Source: a virus
IMG/VR virus record: IMGVR_UViG_3300025009_000051
Location: 32,001-96,000 of that record
DNA: 64,000 nucleotides
Reading direction: 5' to 3' (one strand)
Position 1 is the first letter of the stretch; every line of letters starts with the position of its first letter. This document shows, piece after piece, positions 37,316 to 46,215 of this stretch. Under the pieces are notes generated by a model. The model ran no database searches, was not told where the DNA came from, and saw only the letters and a list, made by a program, of their open reading frames with translations. The position numbers were made by a program, and so were the translations under genes.

Positions 37316-37738
37316 ATGAATAAAAACGAAATTAAACTTAGAACGATAATTCGAGAAGAATTGAAAAAACAATTGAATGAAGCAATGGAAGGATTTGACA
37401 TTAAATCAGTTCCTTTGGCACCATTAGAAAATAAAATTAAATCTCTTACAGGTGTAGCAATTAAATTTGATAAGGTAGAAGAAACCAATGGAGGATATTT
37501 TTCACTTTCAACAACAAAAAATCTTGTTTCACAAACTGGCATATTTAAAACAGTTTTTAAAGAAGTTTCAATGGGCACTGTTAATGCACAATACAACGAT
37601 AATGTCGAATCTAGTCCGTATTATTGGATGCCAATATATATATCATATAGACATAACGAACGCGGATCAAAAGGTATAAGAATTTTGACTGCTTTGTATC
37701 ATCCAAAAACAGATAAATGGGATTTTGAATTAGAATAA
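37316..37738 (+). CDS. leader-family small protein
   Basis: MNKNEIKLRTIIREELKKQLNE; start ATG 37316. Confidence 0.75.
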   Translation: MNKNEIKLRTIIREELKKQLNEAMEGFDIKSVPLAPLENKIKSLTGVAIKFDKVEETNGGYFSLSTTKNLVSQTGIFKTVFKEVSMGTVNAQYNDNVESSPYYWMPIYISYRHNERGSKGIRILTALYHPKTDKWDFELE

Positions 37739-37745
37739 TTTTTTT

Positions 37746-37778
37746 GAAGAATGAGTATAAAATTTATACTCATTCTTC
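37746..37778. terminator. bidirectional terminator, 33-nt near-perfect palindrome
   Basis: GAAGAATGAGTATAAAATTTATACTCATTCTTC between convergent genes. Confidence 0.75.
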
Positions 37779-38273
37779 ATCTAATAATCTTGCACAATAT
37801 TCAGACACAATCGAGTTATGTTCATTAGCTCTTCCAACAGATAAATGAAATCCATAAAATGGTTCACCCAATCCGAGTCCATTTCTTAAATACAAAAAAT
37901 ATTCTTCTGATTCTGGTAATAATTCTAACCACCAATGTTTACCATTACTTCTAATTTCATTAGATAAATAAACATCAATTATCTTATCATTACATTCATC
38001 CTTAAATTTATTCCAATATTCAGTAATAATCAAATCATTTTCTATTCCTAAACCAAATTTTATATCTTTAACACTATCATTGATTAAGGATATATGGCTA
38101 CCACGAATAGGTTTATTTAATTTTAAAAGATATTTCTTATAGATAAACCAAGAATAATAATCACATAAATCATCATCAAAAGAAATAATAGACATTCTTT
38201 TCCATTCAGATTGTTTTCTATGCTTATTAGTTATATCGTCTGGTTCTACTATAATTTTACCTTGAATGAGCAT
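37770..38273 (-). CDS. 2H phosphoesterase superfamily protein
   Basis: Two Hx(S/T) motifs: GSHISL and GFHLSV. Confidence 0.7.
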   Translation of the reverse strand: MLIQGKIIVEPDDITNKHRKQSEWKRMSIISFDDDLCDYYSWFIYKKYLLKLNKPIRGSHISLINDSVKDIKFGLGIENDLIITEYWNKFKDECNDKIIDVYLSNEIRSNGKHWWLELLPESEEYFLYLRNGLGLGEPFYGFHLSVGRANEHNSIVSEYCARLLDEE

Positions 38274-39256
38274 AAATAAGAATCTAAAATATTTTTTATT
38301 TCTTCATTATAAAAATCACCTGTTGTTTTTCTTTTAAGTTCTGATATATAATCTCGAATAATAAATCCAATTTCTGGAATTGTATGATTTTCTTTTAAAA
38401 ATATAAGAACTTCTTCAAAAGTATCTAATTTAAAATTCTTTTTAATACTATATACTTCAGAGACTATATTCTTCCAATAAGGTATTCTATTATTTATTTT
38501 ATAAGGAATTTTTTCAAATAGTCCTTCAGTAAACGTATGTTCTATATCAGGATGAACAAATCCATATCTTGTTCTTAGAATATTATTATTTGTAAGATAA
38601 TCTTTTATATTCAATTTTTCTAATAAATCATATAATTCTTTCCAATGTTCTTGAATTTCTTCTTTATGAGCAGAATTAAATTTTTTAGTGATAAAAGATA
38701 AATATTGTTCATTGGTATTAAAAATTCCATTAGCTTTCAAACCAAATTTATTTATATTAGAAGTACCGATACTCAATCCTTTTGCTTTAAGCATACTTCT
38801 AATTAATTCTGTACGATGTAATCCTTTTAAAAATGGTTTTGTTTCATTAGAATAAAATCTTAATTCAGTAAGATAACTAAAATTATTTTTATTATTATCA
38901 GATATCATTAAATCTATTTGATATGTATTTTCATCTTGGTTAAGATATAAAGTAATGACATTTGAAAATATAATTTTTCTTGAATCTCCTTCTCTTAAAC
39001 TTACATTATATTCTTTTAATTTTATTTCTAATTCTGGAATTAAATCTTTAAGTTCTTCTTTCTTAAAATTTGAATTTAATTTAATTGCAAAATCTAAATC
39101 TTTTGATTCATCTTTACCCTTTCCTTGTAACATTAATCTGGTACTGCCTAAAGGAGTTAATGAAGTAATATCAAAATATTCTATTTTTTCTAATACAGAC
39201 AATAATTCATTAAAGATACGATATATATTATCTTTGGTTATAACAGTTGTTTCCAT
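38249..39256 (-). CDS. Pol-beta-fold nucleotidyltransferase
   Basis: LGS-x14-DLD plus third acidic residue in YQIDLMI. Confidence 0.65.
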   Translation of the reverse strand: METTVITKDNIYRIFNELLSVLEKIEYFDITSLTPLGSTRLMLQGKGKDESKDLDFAIKLNSNFKKEELKDLIPELEIKLKEYNVSLREGDSRKIIFSNVITLYLNQDENTYQIDLMISDNNKNNFSYLTELRFYSNETKPFLKGLHRTELIRSMLKAKGLSIGTSNINKFGLKANGIFNTNEQYLSFITKKFNSAHKEEIQEHWKELYDLLEKLNIKDYLTNNNILRTRYGFVHPDIEHTFTEGLFEKIPYKINNRIPYWKNIVSEVYSIKKNFKLDTFEEVLIFLKENHTIPEIGFIIRDYISELKRKTTGDFYNEEIKNILDSYLCSFKVKL

Positions 39257-39259
39257 TTC

Positions 39260-40066
39260 TTATTCTTTAAATTTTTCTAAATATTGAGATATCTTAATAT
39301 AATCTTCCAATTCAAATTTATTTTTAATCACTGCAATCAATGTTTCATCAAATGTAAAATCACTTTGAATAAATTCTAAAAAAGAAGTTATTTGTTTAGT
39401 ATTAATAAATCTATTCATTTCTTGTTCTATATACTCTTCTCGAGTGAACATGGCTAAATCAACAATTTTAGTAATAATATCTACATCTATATCAGGAAAA
39501 TTAAATCTATGTAATTCTATTTCTTCTTCTTTATTTAATATATCCATGTCTATATCAATAAATCTTTCTTTAAATGCTCTGTCCAATTCTCTTGTAGAAG
39601 TATATTCATTTCCAATGTTTGCAGTTGCTAAAAAACAAACTCCGTTTGCTACATATATTTCTGGAGTATCTTTACTTTCATCTATTCTTAAAAATCTTTG
39701 TTGTTCGTCTAATACTGACATAAGAATTCTTTCAGCATCCATACTTGACCTTGAAATTTCTTCAAGTAATATTATTGCATTTTTTGTTTGAATTGCATTT
39801 ACAAAATAAGATGAAACCACAAATGTTCCTATCGTAGGATTATAATGTGTATTTCCAATTAGAGTAGCTCTTGCATCTTGGGATGAACCCATTGGTATAT
39901 TAAAAAAAGGACGTTCTGGAAATGTTTCCTTTAATTTGTACATTGTTTTCGTTTTACCTGTGCCTGTTGGACCAGTCAATAATACATTTTTTCCTTTTTC
40001 TATAGCAAAATTCAATATCTTCCAATTAAGGTTTGATATTTTCAAATCTTTCGGTATCTCTCTCAT
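39260..40066 (-). CDS. MoxR/CobS-like AAA+ ATPase
   Basis: NVLLTGPTGTGKT, ILLEEISR, ATANIGNEY...LDRAFKERF. Confidence 0.85.
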   Translation of the reverse strand: MREIPKDLKISNLNWKILNFAIEKGKNVLLTGPTGTGKTKTMYKLKETFPERPFFNIPMGSSQDARATLIGNTHYNPTIGTFVVSSYFVNAIQTKNAIILLEEISRSSMDAERILMSVLDEQQRFLRIDESKDTPEIYVANGVCFLATANIGNEYTSTRELDRAFKERFIDIDMDILNKEEEIELHRFNFPDIDVDIITKIVDLAMFTREEYIEQEMNRFINTKQITSFLEFIQSDFTFDETLIAVIKNKFELEDYIKISQYLEKFKE

Positions 40067-40089
40067 TCTTTAAATATTTTATTAAATAA

Positions 40090-40413
40090 TTATTTCTTTG
40101 TATTTAAATCTCGAATTTTTTTATTTACTTCAAATAAAGTTTTATCAAACTGTTTAAATCTTTCTGTGATTTTTATTGCTTCTTCTTCTGAAGTTTTGTT
40201 TATTTTATTTAAATCTTTTTTAATGCTTTGAATAGCATCAAAGTATCCTTTGATAGTTTTTCTATCTTCCTTGAATACAGATATAAATTCAATAAATTTG
40301 TCTTCGACAAGCTTTAATTCAGTTTCAATTACTTTTTTTCTACGATTGTTTCTTATATGAAGAAATAATGCAGTGACACATGCCATTGCAATGGCAATTT
40401 CTAAAATTATCAT
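40090..40413 (-). CDS. membrane-anchored coiled-coil protein
   Basis: N-terminal hydrophobic helix then heptad pattern. Confidence 0.6.
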   Translation of the reverse strand: MIILEIAIAMACVTALFLHIRNNRRKKVIETELKLVEDKFIEFISVFKEDRKTIKGYFDAIQSIKKDLNKINKTSEEEAIKITERFKQFDKTLFEVNKKIRDLNTKK

Positions 40414-40428
40414 ATGATTGTTATTTAG

Positions 40429-40677
40429 TTAGGTTTCTTTTTTTTGTGAGTTAATATAATAGTCTTCAAGTTTGTCCATCACTTTTGTATATGCTTTTAC
40501 AATTGCAGTATATTCTTTTTCAAAAAAATCTTCTGAAATATTAATATCTCCAACTGTAATATAAAACCCTTCATCTGGATTCATTGGTAAAATGCCGCTT
40601 CCCAATAGTTGAGATTTATAGGCATTTTCTTTCATCCATTTTTCTTTTCTTTCGATTTTATCTTGTTCATAATCCAT
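40429..40677 (-). CDS. hypothetical protein
   Basis: 82-aa ORF. Confidence 0.6.
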   Translation of the reverse strand: MDYEQDKIERKEKWMKENAYKSQLLGSGILPMNPDEGFYITVGDINISEDFFEKEYTAIVKAYTKVMDKLEDYYINSQKKET

Positions 40678-40688
40678 ATTCTAAAATT

Positions 40689-41195
40689 TTAAGGTTTATA
40701 GTTATCACATTTTTCAAAAGCAATTATATCATCAAAATATTTTAATCCTCTAAATTCTCTCCATTTTTTCTTAGAATAAATTCCAGATACAAAGTCGTGA
40801 GCTTTCAAATGATTTCTAATTATTGTTTCTACTTTAATCCAATTAATTGGTAAATCATCAAACAAATGTTTCCATTTACTAATATAAGGTAAAGCCAATA
40901 ATTCATGATTTAAATGACTTACTTTTATATGTGCTAATCCAGTTTTTTCATCTATCACTAATTCTTTTTCTGCTGTATCATCTTTAGCAATATCATGAAA
41001 AATAGCACAAATTTTTAAATCTATATCATCTCCAAAAAATCTTTCTACATTTTCAAATACATTTTTTATATGAATATCTACCCAAATTTCCGGATGATGT
41101 TTTTTACTTTGATATGTACCTGATAGACTGATTCGTTTCCAAATCGGAATTCTTTCCCAATAATCGTAAAATGTCATATTCTTAATTTGTATCAT
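40689..41195 (-). CDS. stand-alone HD-domain phosphohydrolase
   Basis: HHPE...IH...CAIFHDIAK...HLNHE...CD, like the HD domain of CCA enzymes. Confidence 0.75.
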   Translation of the reverse strand: MIQIKNMTFYDYWERIPIWKRISLSGTYQSKKHHPEIWVDIHIKNVFENVERFFGDDIDLKICAIFHDIAKDDTAEKELVIDEKTGLAHIKVSHLNHELLALPYISKWKHLFDDLPINWIKVETIIRNHLKAHDFVSGIYSKKKWREFRGLKYFDDIIAFEKCDNYKP

Positions 41196-41199
41196 ATTA

Positions 41200-41230
41200 C
41201 AAATATAACAATTTTTTTGAACTTAACAAA
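41200..41230 (-). promoter_or_regulatory. Bacteroidota sigma-A type promoter
   Basis: Minus strand TTTG-N19-TATATTTG, 4 nt before ATG 41195. Confidence 0.7.
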
Positions 41231-41262
41231 AAAAATTTTTTAAAACCGTTGTATTATTTCAT

Positions 41263-41526
41263 TTAGAAGATATATTCCAACAAACATTCTTCAAGCACTA
41301 CATTTATTGGTTTTTTTAGCATCCTTTCATTATAATTTGATAGTTTGGCTTTTCCATTATCTTTACCACCTTGTAAAACAATTATATATTTTTGGAGTGT
41401 TACATTCTGTTCCTTTATCAAACTTTCAACAATATCTTCCATAACTTCATCTTCGTTATGTGTGGAGGTAGTTGTAGTGCTTACCGACCGTTCATTAATA
41501 ATAATTGTAAGTTTAAATTTTTTCAT
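41263..41526 (-). CDS. hypothetical protein
   Basis: 87-aa ORF. Confidence 0.6.
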   Translation of the reverse strand: MKKFKLTIIINERSVSTTTTSTHNEDEVMEDIVESLIKEQNVTLQKYIIVLQGGKDNGKAKLSNYNERMLKKPINVVLEECLLEYIF

Positions 41527-41687
41527 ATTAATTTTTCTTTTCTACTTCTATTGTAAATAAATTTGGCTAATTCTTCCGGTGCAGCTGTATCTACCAACGC
41601 AAATATTCCGAACCATTCACTATCCCATATATTTGAACTAATGTTTTTAAACCCAATTTGCAATAAAATTTCTTGTGTTTCTTTCAT
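41523..41687 (-). CDS. small hypothetical protein (54 aa)
   Basis: MKETQEILLQIGFKNISSNIWDSEWFG...; ATGA overlap with next gene. Confidence 0.55.
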   Translation of the reverse strand: MKETQEILLQIGFKNISSNIWDSEWFGIFALVDTAAPEELAKFIYNRSRKEKLI

Positions 41688-41725
41688 AATTTTTTTGTAA
41701 TATGTTTATATTTCATATGTAAAAA

Positions 41726-42000
41726 TTATTCGAAGTTCTCTGCATAATAATTGCCATAGCTAACATTTTCAGTGAGTACTTCTTTAGTAACTTTGTTGAA
41801 CAAAATTAATTCATCTATATTAGATTTACATAAACATACTTTATGATTTTCAAACACAATTTCGGTCATATAAAAATCATCATATTTGAAACGACCTCTA
41901 TCAGAAGTAAATCTTACTTTTTTAGTTGTATTAATTTTTACTGAATGATTTTTATTTGTTGTATTATTCGGTAGATTACGCAATTCTTCGAATTTGTTTT
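41726..42000 (-). pseudogene. 5'-truncated hypothetical gene
   Basis: Frame ...NKFEELRNLPNN...YYAENFE* has no ATG and abuts the TnpB breakpoint. Confidence 0.5.
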
Positions 42001-42767
42001 CTTCAATTTTTGAATTTTATTAGAAGTATTTTTATTATTTACAGTTTTAGTAATCGATTTTAATTTAGATAATTCTTTGTTAAAATATCTATTTTTAGAT
42101 TTAATTAATTTCCCATCAAATAATATTGGTTTTTTATTAACATTATCAATACAAGCCAATAAATTATTAACTCCCAAATCAATGCTAATAAAATTATCAT
42201 TTTTTCCTATTTGTTTATATTCATTTAAATCTTTATAAATATATTGAATTTCAAACCATTTACCATTAAAAATTGGAACAATTCTAATTTCTTTAATTTC
42301 TTTATTTTCAAATAAATTTGAATTAATATTTAATTCCAATTGTTTTAAATTGTATTTTTGCTTAAATTCTTTGCTTAAAGTTAATAATAATTTATCTTTT
42401 TTTATTCTGAAATGGGCAGGAGTAAAAATTAAAACAAAGTAATCATCTTTATTTAGGTATCTTGGTAATTTAATTTTTCTATTATAATTCCCAAGATTTC
42501 TTTTTTTTAATAAACCAAAAAATGATTTAAATGTTCTATCAACTATTTTTAAAGTTTGTTGAGCAGTTTGACTCGGCAATAATTTATAATTTTCGTTTAT
42601 TTTTGCAATATGATAATTTGATTCATATGTTAAATAATTTGAAGTTTGAAAATAATGTTGCCTAATATTATACAATGCTACATTTTAGAAATATGACTCA
42701 TTTCTTTGATAATTTCATAAGAAATATTATCGTAAAATTTTAATCTATTTTTAATTGTTTTAAACAT
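42001..42767 (-). mobile_element. tnpB: IS200/IS605-family TnpB remnant (frameshifted, C-terminally deleted)
   Basis: MFKTIKNRL...SHISK / VALYNIRQ...YKLLPSQTAQQTLK...ISIDLGVNNL (RuvC-I); RuvC-II, Zn finger and RuvC-III absent. Confidence 0.8.
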
Positions 42768-42820
42768 TATCTTATAATATATATAATAAATAATTCTTAT
42801 CACATATAAATATAAGATAA

Positions 42821-42851
42821 AAAAAGAAAACATATTTTATGTTTTCTTTTT
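42821..42851. terminator. 14-bp hairpin (terminator or IS left-end hairpin)
   Basis: AAAAAGAAAACATA-TTT-TATGTTTTCTTTTT between a membrane gene and tnpB start. Confidence 0.55.
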
Positions 42852-42872
42852 AAAAAACTATGAAAAAGAAGC

Positions 42873-43310
42873 TCAATAAAAATACCCAGTAAAAATATAT
42901 AGAACAATTCCCAACAATAACCATCTCCAAACCGTAACAATATTTCTAAGCATTGCTCCATGCTTTTCTGGTTGTTTTAATTTTAAGTATAAAATAGAAT
43001 CATAATTAAACTCATCAATTCCATTCATTGGAAGTTTATTGAATAAATTAAAAGCTATATAGAATCCAGAACTAAATCTTAAAATTAAAAATCCTAATGT
43101 AGCAATTATCATGTCCACAAAATTTAATCCGGTTGTTTGATTAATTGTAAATCCAACCAATAAAATTAAAAGAAAGGTTACAAAAATATTTAACGACTTT
43201 GATAATTTCTTTGACGAAAGGTCTGTTGAATTATCATGCCATACTTGTAAATATATAGTAGCACAAAAATTCAAACCCAATGCAATAATAGCAATTAAAA
43301 ATAAATTCAT
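42873..43310 (-). CDS. multi-pass membrane protein
   Basis: About four hydrophobic segments in 145 aa; TATATTTAT at 43335-43343. Confidence 0.7.
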   Translation of the reverse strand: MNLFLIAIIALGLNFCATIYLQVWHDNSTDLSSKKLSKSLNIFVTFLLILLVGFTINQTTGLNFVDMIIATLGFLILRFSSGFYIAFNLFNKLPMNGIDEFNYDSILYLKLKQPEKHGAMLRNIVTVWRWLLLGIVLYIFTGYFY

Positions 43311-43351
43311 ATCAATTATTATTTAAGTTTGTATATAAATATAAAGTTTTT

Positions 43352-44407
43352 TTATTTTTTTAAACTCACCGAAAAAACACAATTTCTATCTTCTTTCCAA
43401 GAAAAGCTGGAATATCTAATAAAAGATAATTTTGATTTTAAATCTTGTGGATCTTTTAAAATTAAATATTTTGATTTGTCAATTAATATCATATAATTAA
43501 ATTTCGTTAAATGTTGATAATAATCAAACTGAAGAATAAGAAAATTATCTAAAAATTCTTGTCCTTTATTTTCTTTAATATCATCTATTAATTTATCAAT
43601 ATATTTGGTTAATAAAGCTTCTGAAATATCAGTATAAATCATTTTAAAAGTATGAAATAATAAATCAAAAATTTGTTCATATTCACACGCTTTTAATTTT
43701 ATTAATTTTTGAAATCTATTTATTATCCAATCAATTGTTGATTTATTAAAATTCCAGGTATTAGGATCTTCTAATTTATATTCTTCAATTAATAGTTGAT
43801 TATTGTTTAATTTATTCAATATTTCTTGTTTAAAATAATTCCAAGCTATTCTTACTGAATTATATCCATTTACATGCTTAAATCTTGAGAAGTCAGCTTT
43901 CACTTCAATATTTTCTTCATTTATTTTTAAATCTCCAATTAGACTTGATTTCTTTAATTGGGATAGCATTCCTAAAAATAATTCTCCTTTTCCAATACCA
44001 TTGTAATTATATTCAAATAATTCTTTAAAGAAATCTTCCTCATAATAAGAAGAGTAATAATTTGTAATATCTGAAATACTTGATGTGCAATTACTATTTA
44101 AATCTACTTGATATGGATATTTCTTTAATGTATTATCTACTTGAATTAAATCTTTCTTTTTATTTAATTTTAAATATTTTTTATTCAACTCAAAAATTCT
44201 AGAAGAATGCTGTTTAGAAATAAAATTATTCTCCTCCAATTGATTAACAGTAAAAGAATAAATTTCAGATGATAAAGACATATTATTAATTTCATTCAAT
44301 AGAATATGGTTAGTAATATCAATTTCTCCAAATTCTATTATATTGAAATTCTTATATTCTTTCTTTATCTTCTTTAATAAATTTTCTGATATAGATATTA
44401 GTTTCAT
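43352..44407 (-). CDS. PD-(D/E)xK nuclease-like protein
   Basis: GIGKGELFL...IGDLKINEENIEVKA (D...ExK). Confidence 0.5.
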   Translation of the reverse strand: MKLISISENLLKKIKKEYKNFNIIEFGEIDITNHILLNEINNMSLSSEIYSFTVNQLEENNFISKQHSSRIFELNKKYLKLNKKKDLIQVDNTLKKYPYQVDLNSNCTSSISDITNYYSSYYEEDFFKELFEYNYNGIGKGELFLGMLSQLKKSSLIGDLKINEENIEVKADFSRFKHVNGYNSVRIAWNYFKQEILNKLNNNQLLIEEYKLEDPNTWNFNKSTIDWIINRFQKLIKLKACEYEQIFDLLFHTFKMIYTDISEALLTKYIDKLIDDIKENKGQEFLDNFLILQFDYYQHLTKFNYMILIDKSKYLILKDPQDLKSKLSFIRYSSFSWKEDRNCVFSVSLKK

Positions 44408-44479
44408 GTTGAAAATATATACAAATTAAATTTAAAAAACAAGAAATTTTATATTTATAATAAAAGAAATAGAATTTTT

Positions 44480-46213
44480 ATGAAAACAATGCTTCAAGCA
44501 ATACCTTATCCAGAATATACAACGACTCAAAGAGATGCGCTTACAGGTGTTATAAATAATTTCAGAATAAATAATACGACTACCGGCACTGTTCAAAAAT
44601 ATTATAATGGAAGTTGGACAGAAGACGACGGAAATAACATTTATTCTATACCAGAAGACACTTTAGAATTTTGGGATGATAGTCAGACAGATGCAGGAAA
44701 TGAATATTTAATGATACCGAGAATTACAAGAAATCCAAATAATGGAATGTTAATTACTTGTTATGGAATATATTCTTCTCATACTACTTCTACTCAATAT
44801 TTCTTTTTAAGACAGTCAACAGATAATGGTAAGACATGGACTGGATTATATGGAACCGGAACTCAGACAAGAATTGTTACAACAGATTATGGTAGAAATT
44901 GGACTGCAATGTTTACACAGACCGGAAGATTATTGATATTTTATCAATATCGAACTTCGCCGGATGTAACAGCAACAAAATCAAAGGTATTATATACAGA
45001 TGATGTTGGATTAACTTGGTCAGAACCATATGAAATTGTAAACCCGGACATACCAGATATTATATATCAACCATATTTATTTGATAATAAAGCAATATAT
45101 AATGATTTGGGAAATTTAGTTACTCCTTATTGGGTTAGAATTTCAGAAGTCGGAAGATGTGCAGTATGTTTAGCAGAAAGCGCCGATAATGGTGAAACAT
45201 GGGATCCGGATTATTCTGTTGCATTTATTAATGATACGGGTGATATGAAAGAATTTGGAGAACAATCTATGGTTGATTGTGGAAATGGTATTTTTATAAT
45301 GATTATGAGACTTTCAGCATATGAAAATCCAGATGGAGATAATGTACCTGTTATCATGACATCAAAAGACTATGGTAGAACTTGGGCGGACGGCACAGAA
45401 ACACTCACTCAAACAAATATTAATGATAAAGATTATTTAAGCGGATATGCTTATTTAGAAGGAGTAGGTGTGACAATGGGAACAGTAGTAAATTCATGTT
45501 CGGTATTGCCTCAAATGAATATTATTGAAATAAATAACGAAAAATGGTTGACGATAGATTATTGGATTAGAAACAATGGAGTAGAAGTTCAAACCTGGAA
45601 ATTAACTTTGATTAATTTAAGAGAATTTTTATTAGATGGTGTAGATTCAATAAAAACTGATAATGAATATTTACCATATATTATTAATACTTATACTGAT
45701 AATACTGCGGGATATAAAAATGGAGGAAATGGATGTAGCGTTGTAATTAATAATGAATTATTATTAACAAATTATAATCAATCTACATCCTATAGCGAAG
45801 GAGGAACAACTGAATTATCTTATTCTTATATTAGTAGCAATATTATTAATAAAATGATGTCTGCATATTATTCAACAGGAATAAATGTAAATAAAGAAAT
45901 TACTTTTAATGCCACCGAATCAATTCTCGATTATTCAAAATCTAATAATGCTTCTATTACTCTAACTGCTGACCTTGATTTGCTAACAATAAATAATATT
46001 CCTAATCAAGGTGGAGGAGATATTTTTGTATTGCAAGATGGAACCGGAGGATGGATAATATCTGCAGTAGAAAATGAAGATTTGACTACTAAATACATAG
46101 ATGGAACTCCTCCTATAAGTGGAAGTATAAATACTGAACCAAATGGTTATTCGGTTATTAGTTTTAAAAGATTTAATTCTAATTTATTTGTTACGTATGG
46201 TAAATTTATCTAA
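44480..46213 (+). CDS. tail-associated protein with BNR/Asp-box (sialidase-like) propeller
   Basis: Four Asp-boxes: STDNGKTW, TDDVGLTW, SADNGETW, SKDYGRTW. Confidence 0.8.
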   Translation: MKTMLQAIPYPEYTTTQRDALTGVINNFRINNTTTGTVQKYYNGSWTEDDGNNIYSIPEDTLEFWDDSQTDAGNEYLMIPRITRNPNNGMLITCYGIYSSHTTSTQYFFLRQSTDNGKTWTGLYGTGTQTRIVTTDYGRNWTAMFTQTGRLLIFYQYRTSPDVTATKSKVLYTDDVGLTWSEPYEIVNPDIPDIIYQPYLFDNKAIYNDLGNLVTPYWVRISEVGRCAVCLAESADNGETWDPDYSVAFINDTGDMKEFGEQSMVDCGNGIFIMIMRLSAYENPDGDNVPVIMTSKDYGRTWADGTETLTQTNINDKDYLSGYAYLEGVGVTMGTVVNSCSVLPQMNIIEINNEKWLTIDYWIRNNGVEVQTWKLTLINLREFLLDGVDSIKTDNEYLPYIINTYTDNTAGYKNGGNGCSVVINNELLLTNYNQSTSYSEGGTTELSYSYISSNIINKMMSAYYSTGINVNKEITFNATESILDYSKSNNASITLTADLDLLTINNIPNQGGGDIFVLQDGTGGWIISAVENEDLTTKYIDGTPPISGSINTEPNGYSVISFKRFNSNLFVTYGKFI

Positions 46214-46215
46214 TT

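Noticed and set aside
42001-42767. Domesticated nuclease-dead TnpB (TldR-like) regulator
   Set aside because: The gene is frameshifted near its start and has lost its C-terminal half and downstream RNA region, which fits decay better
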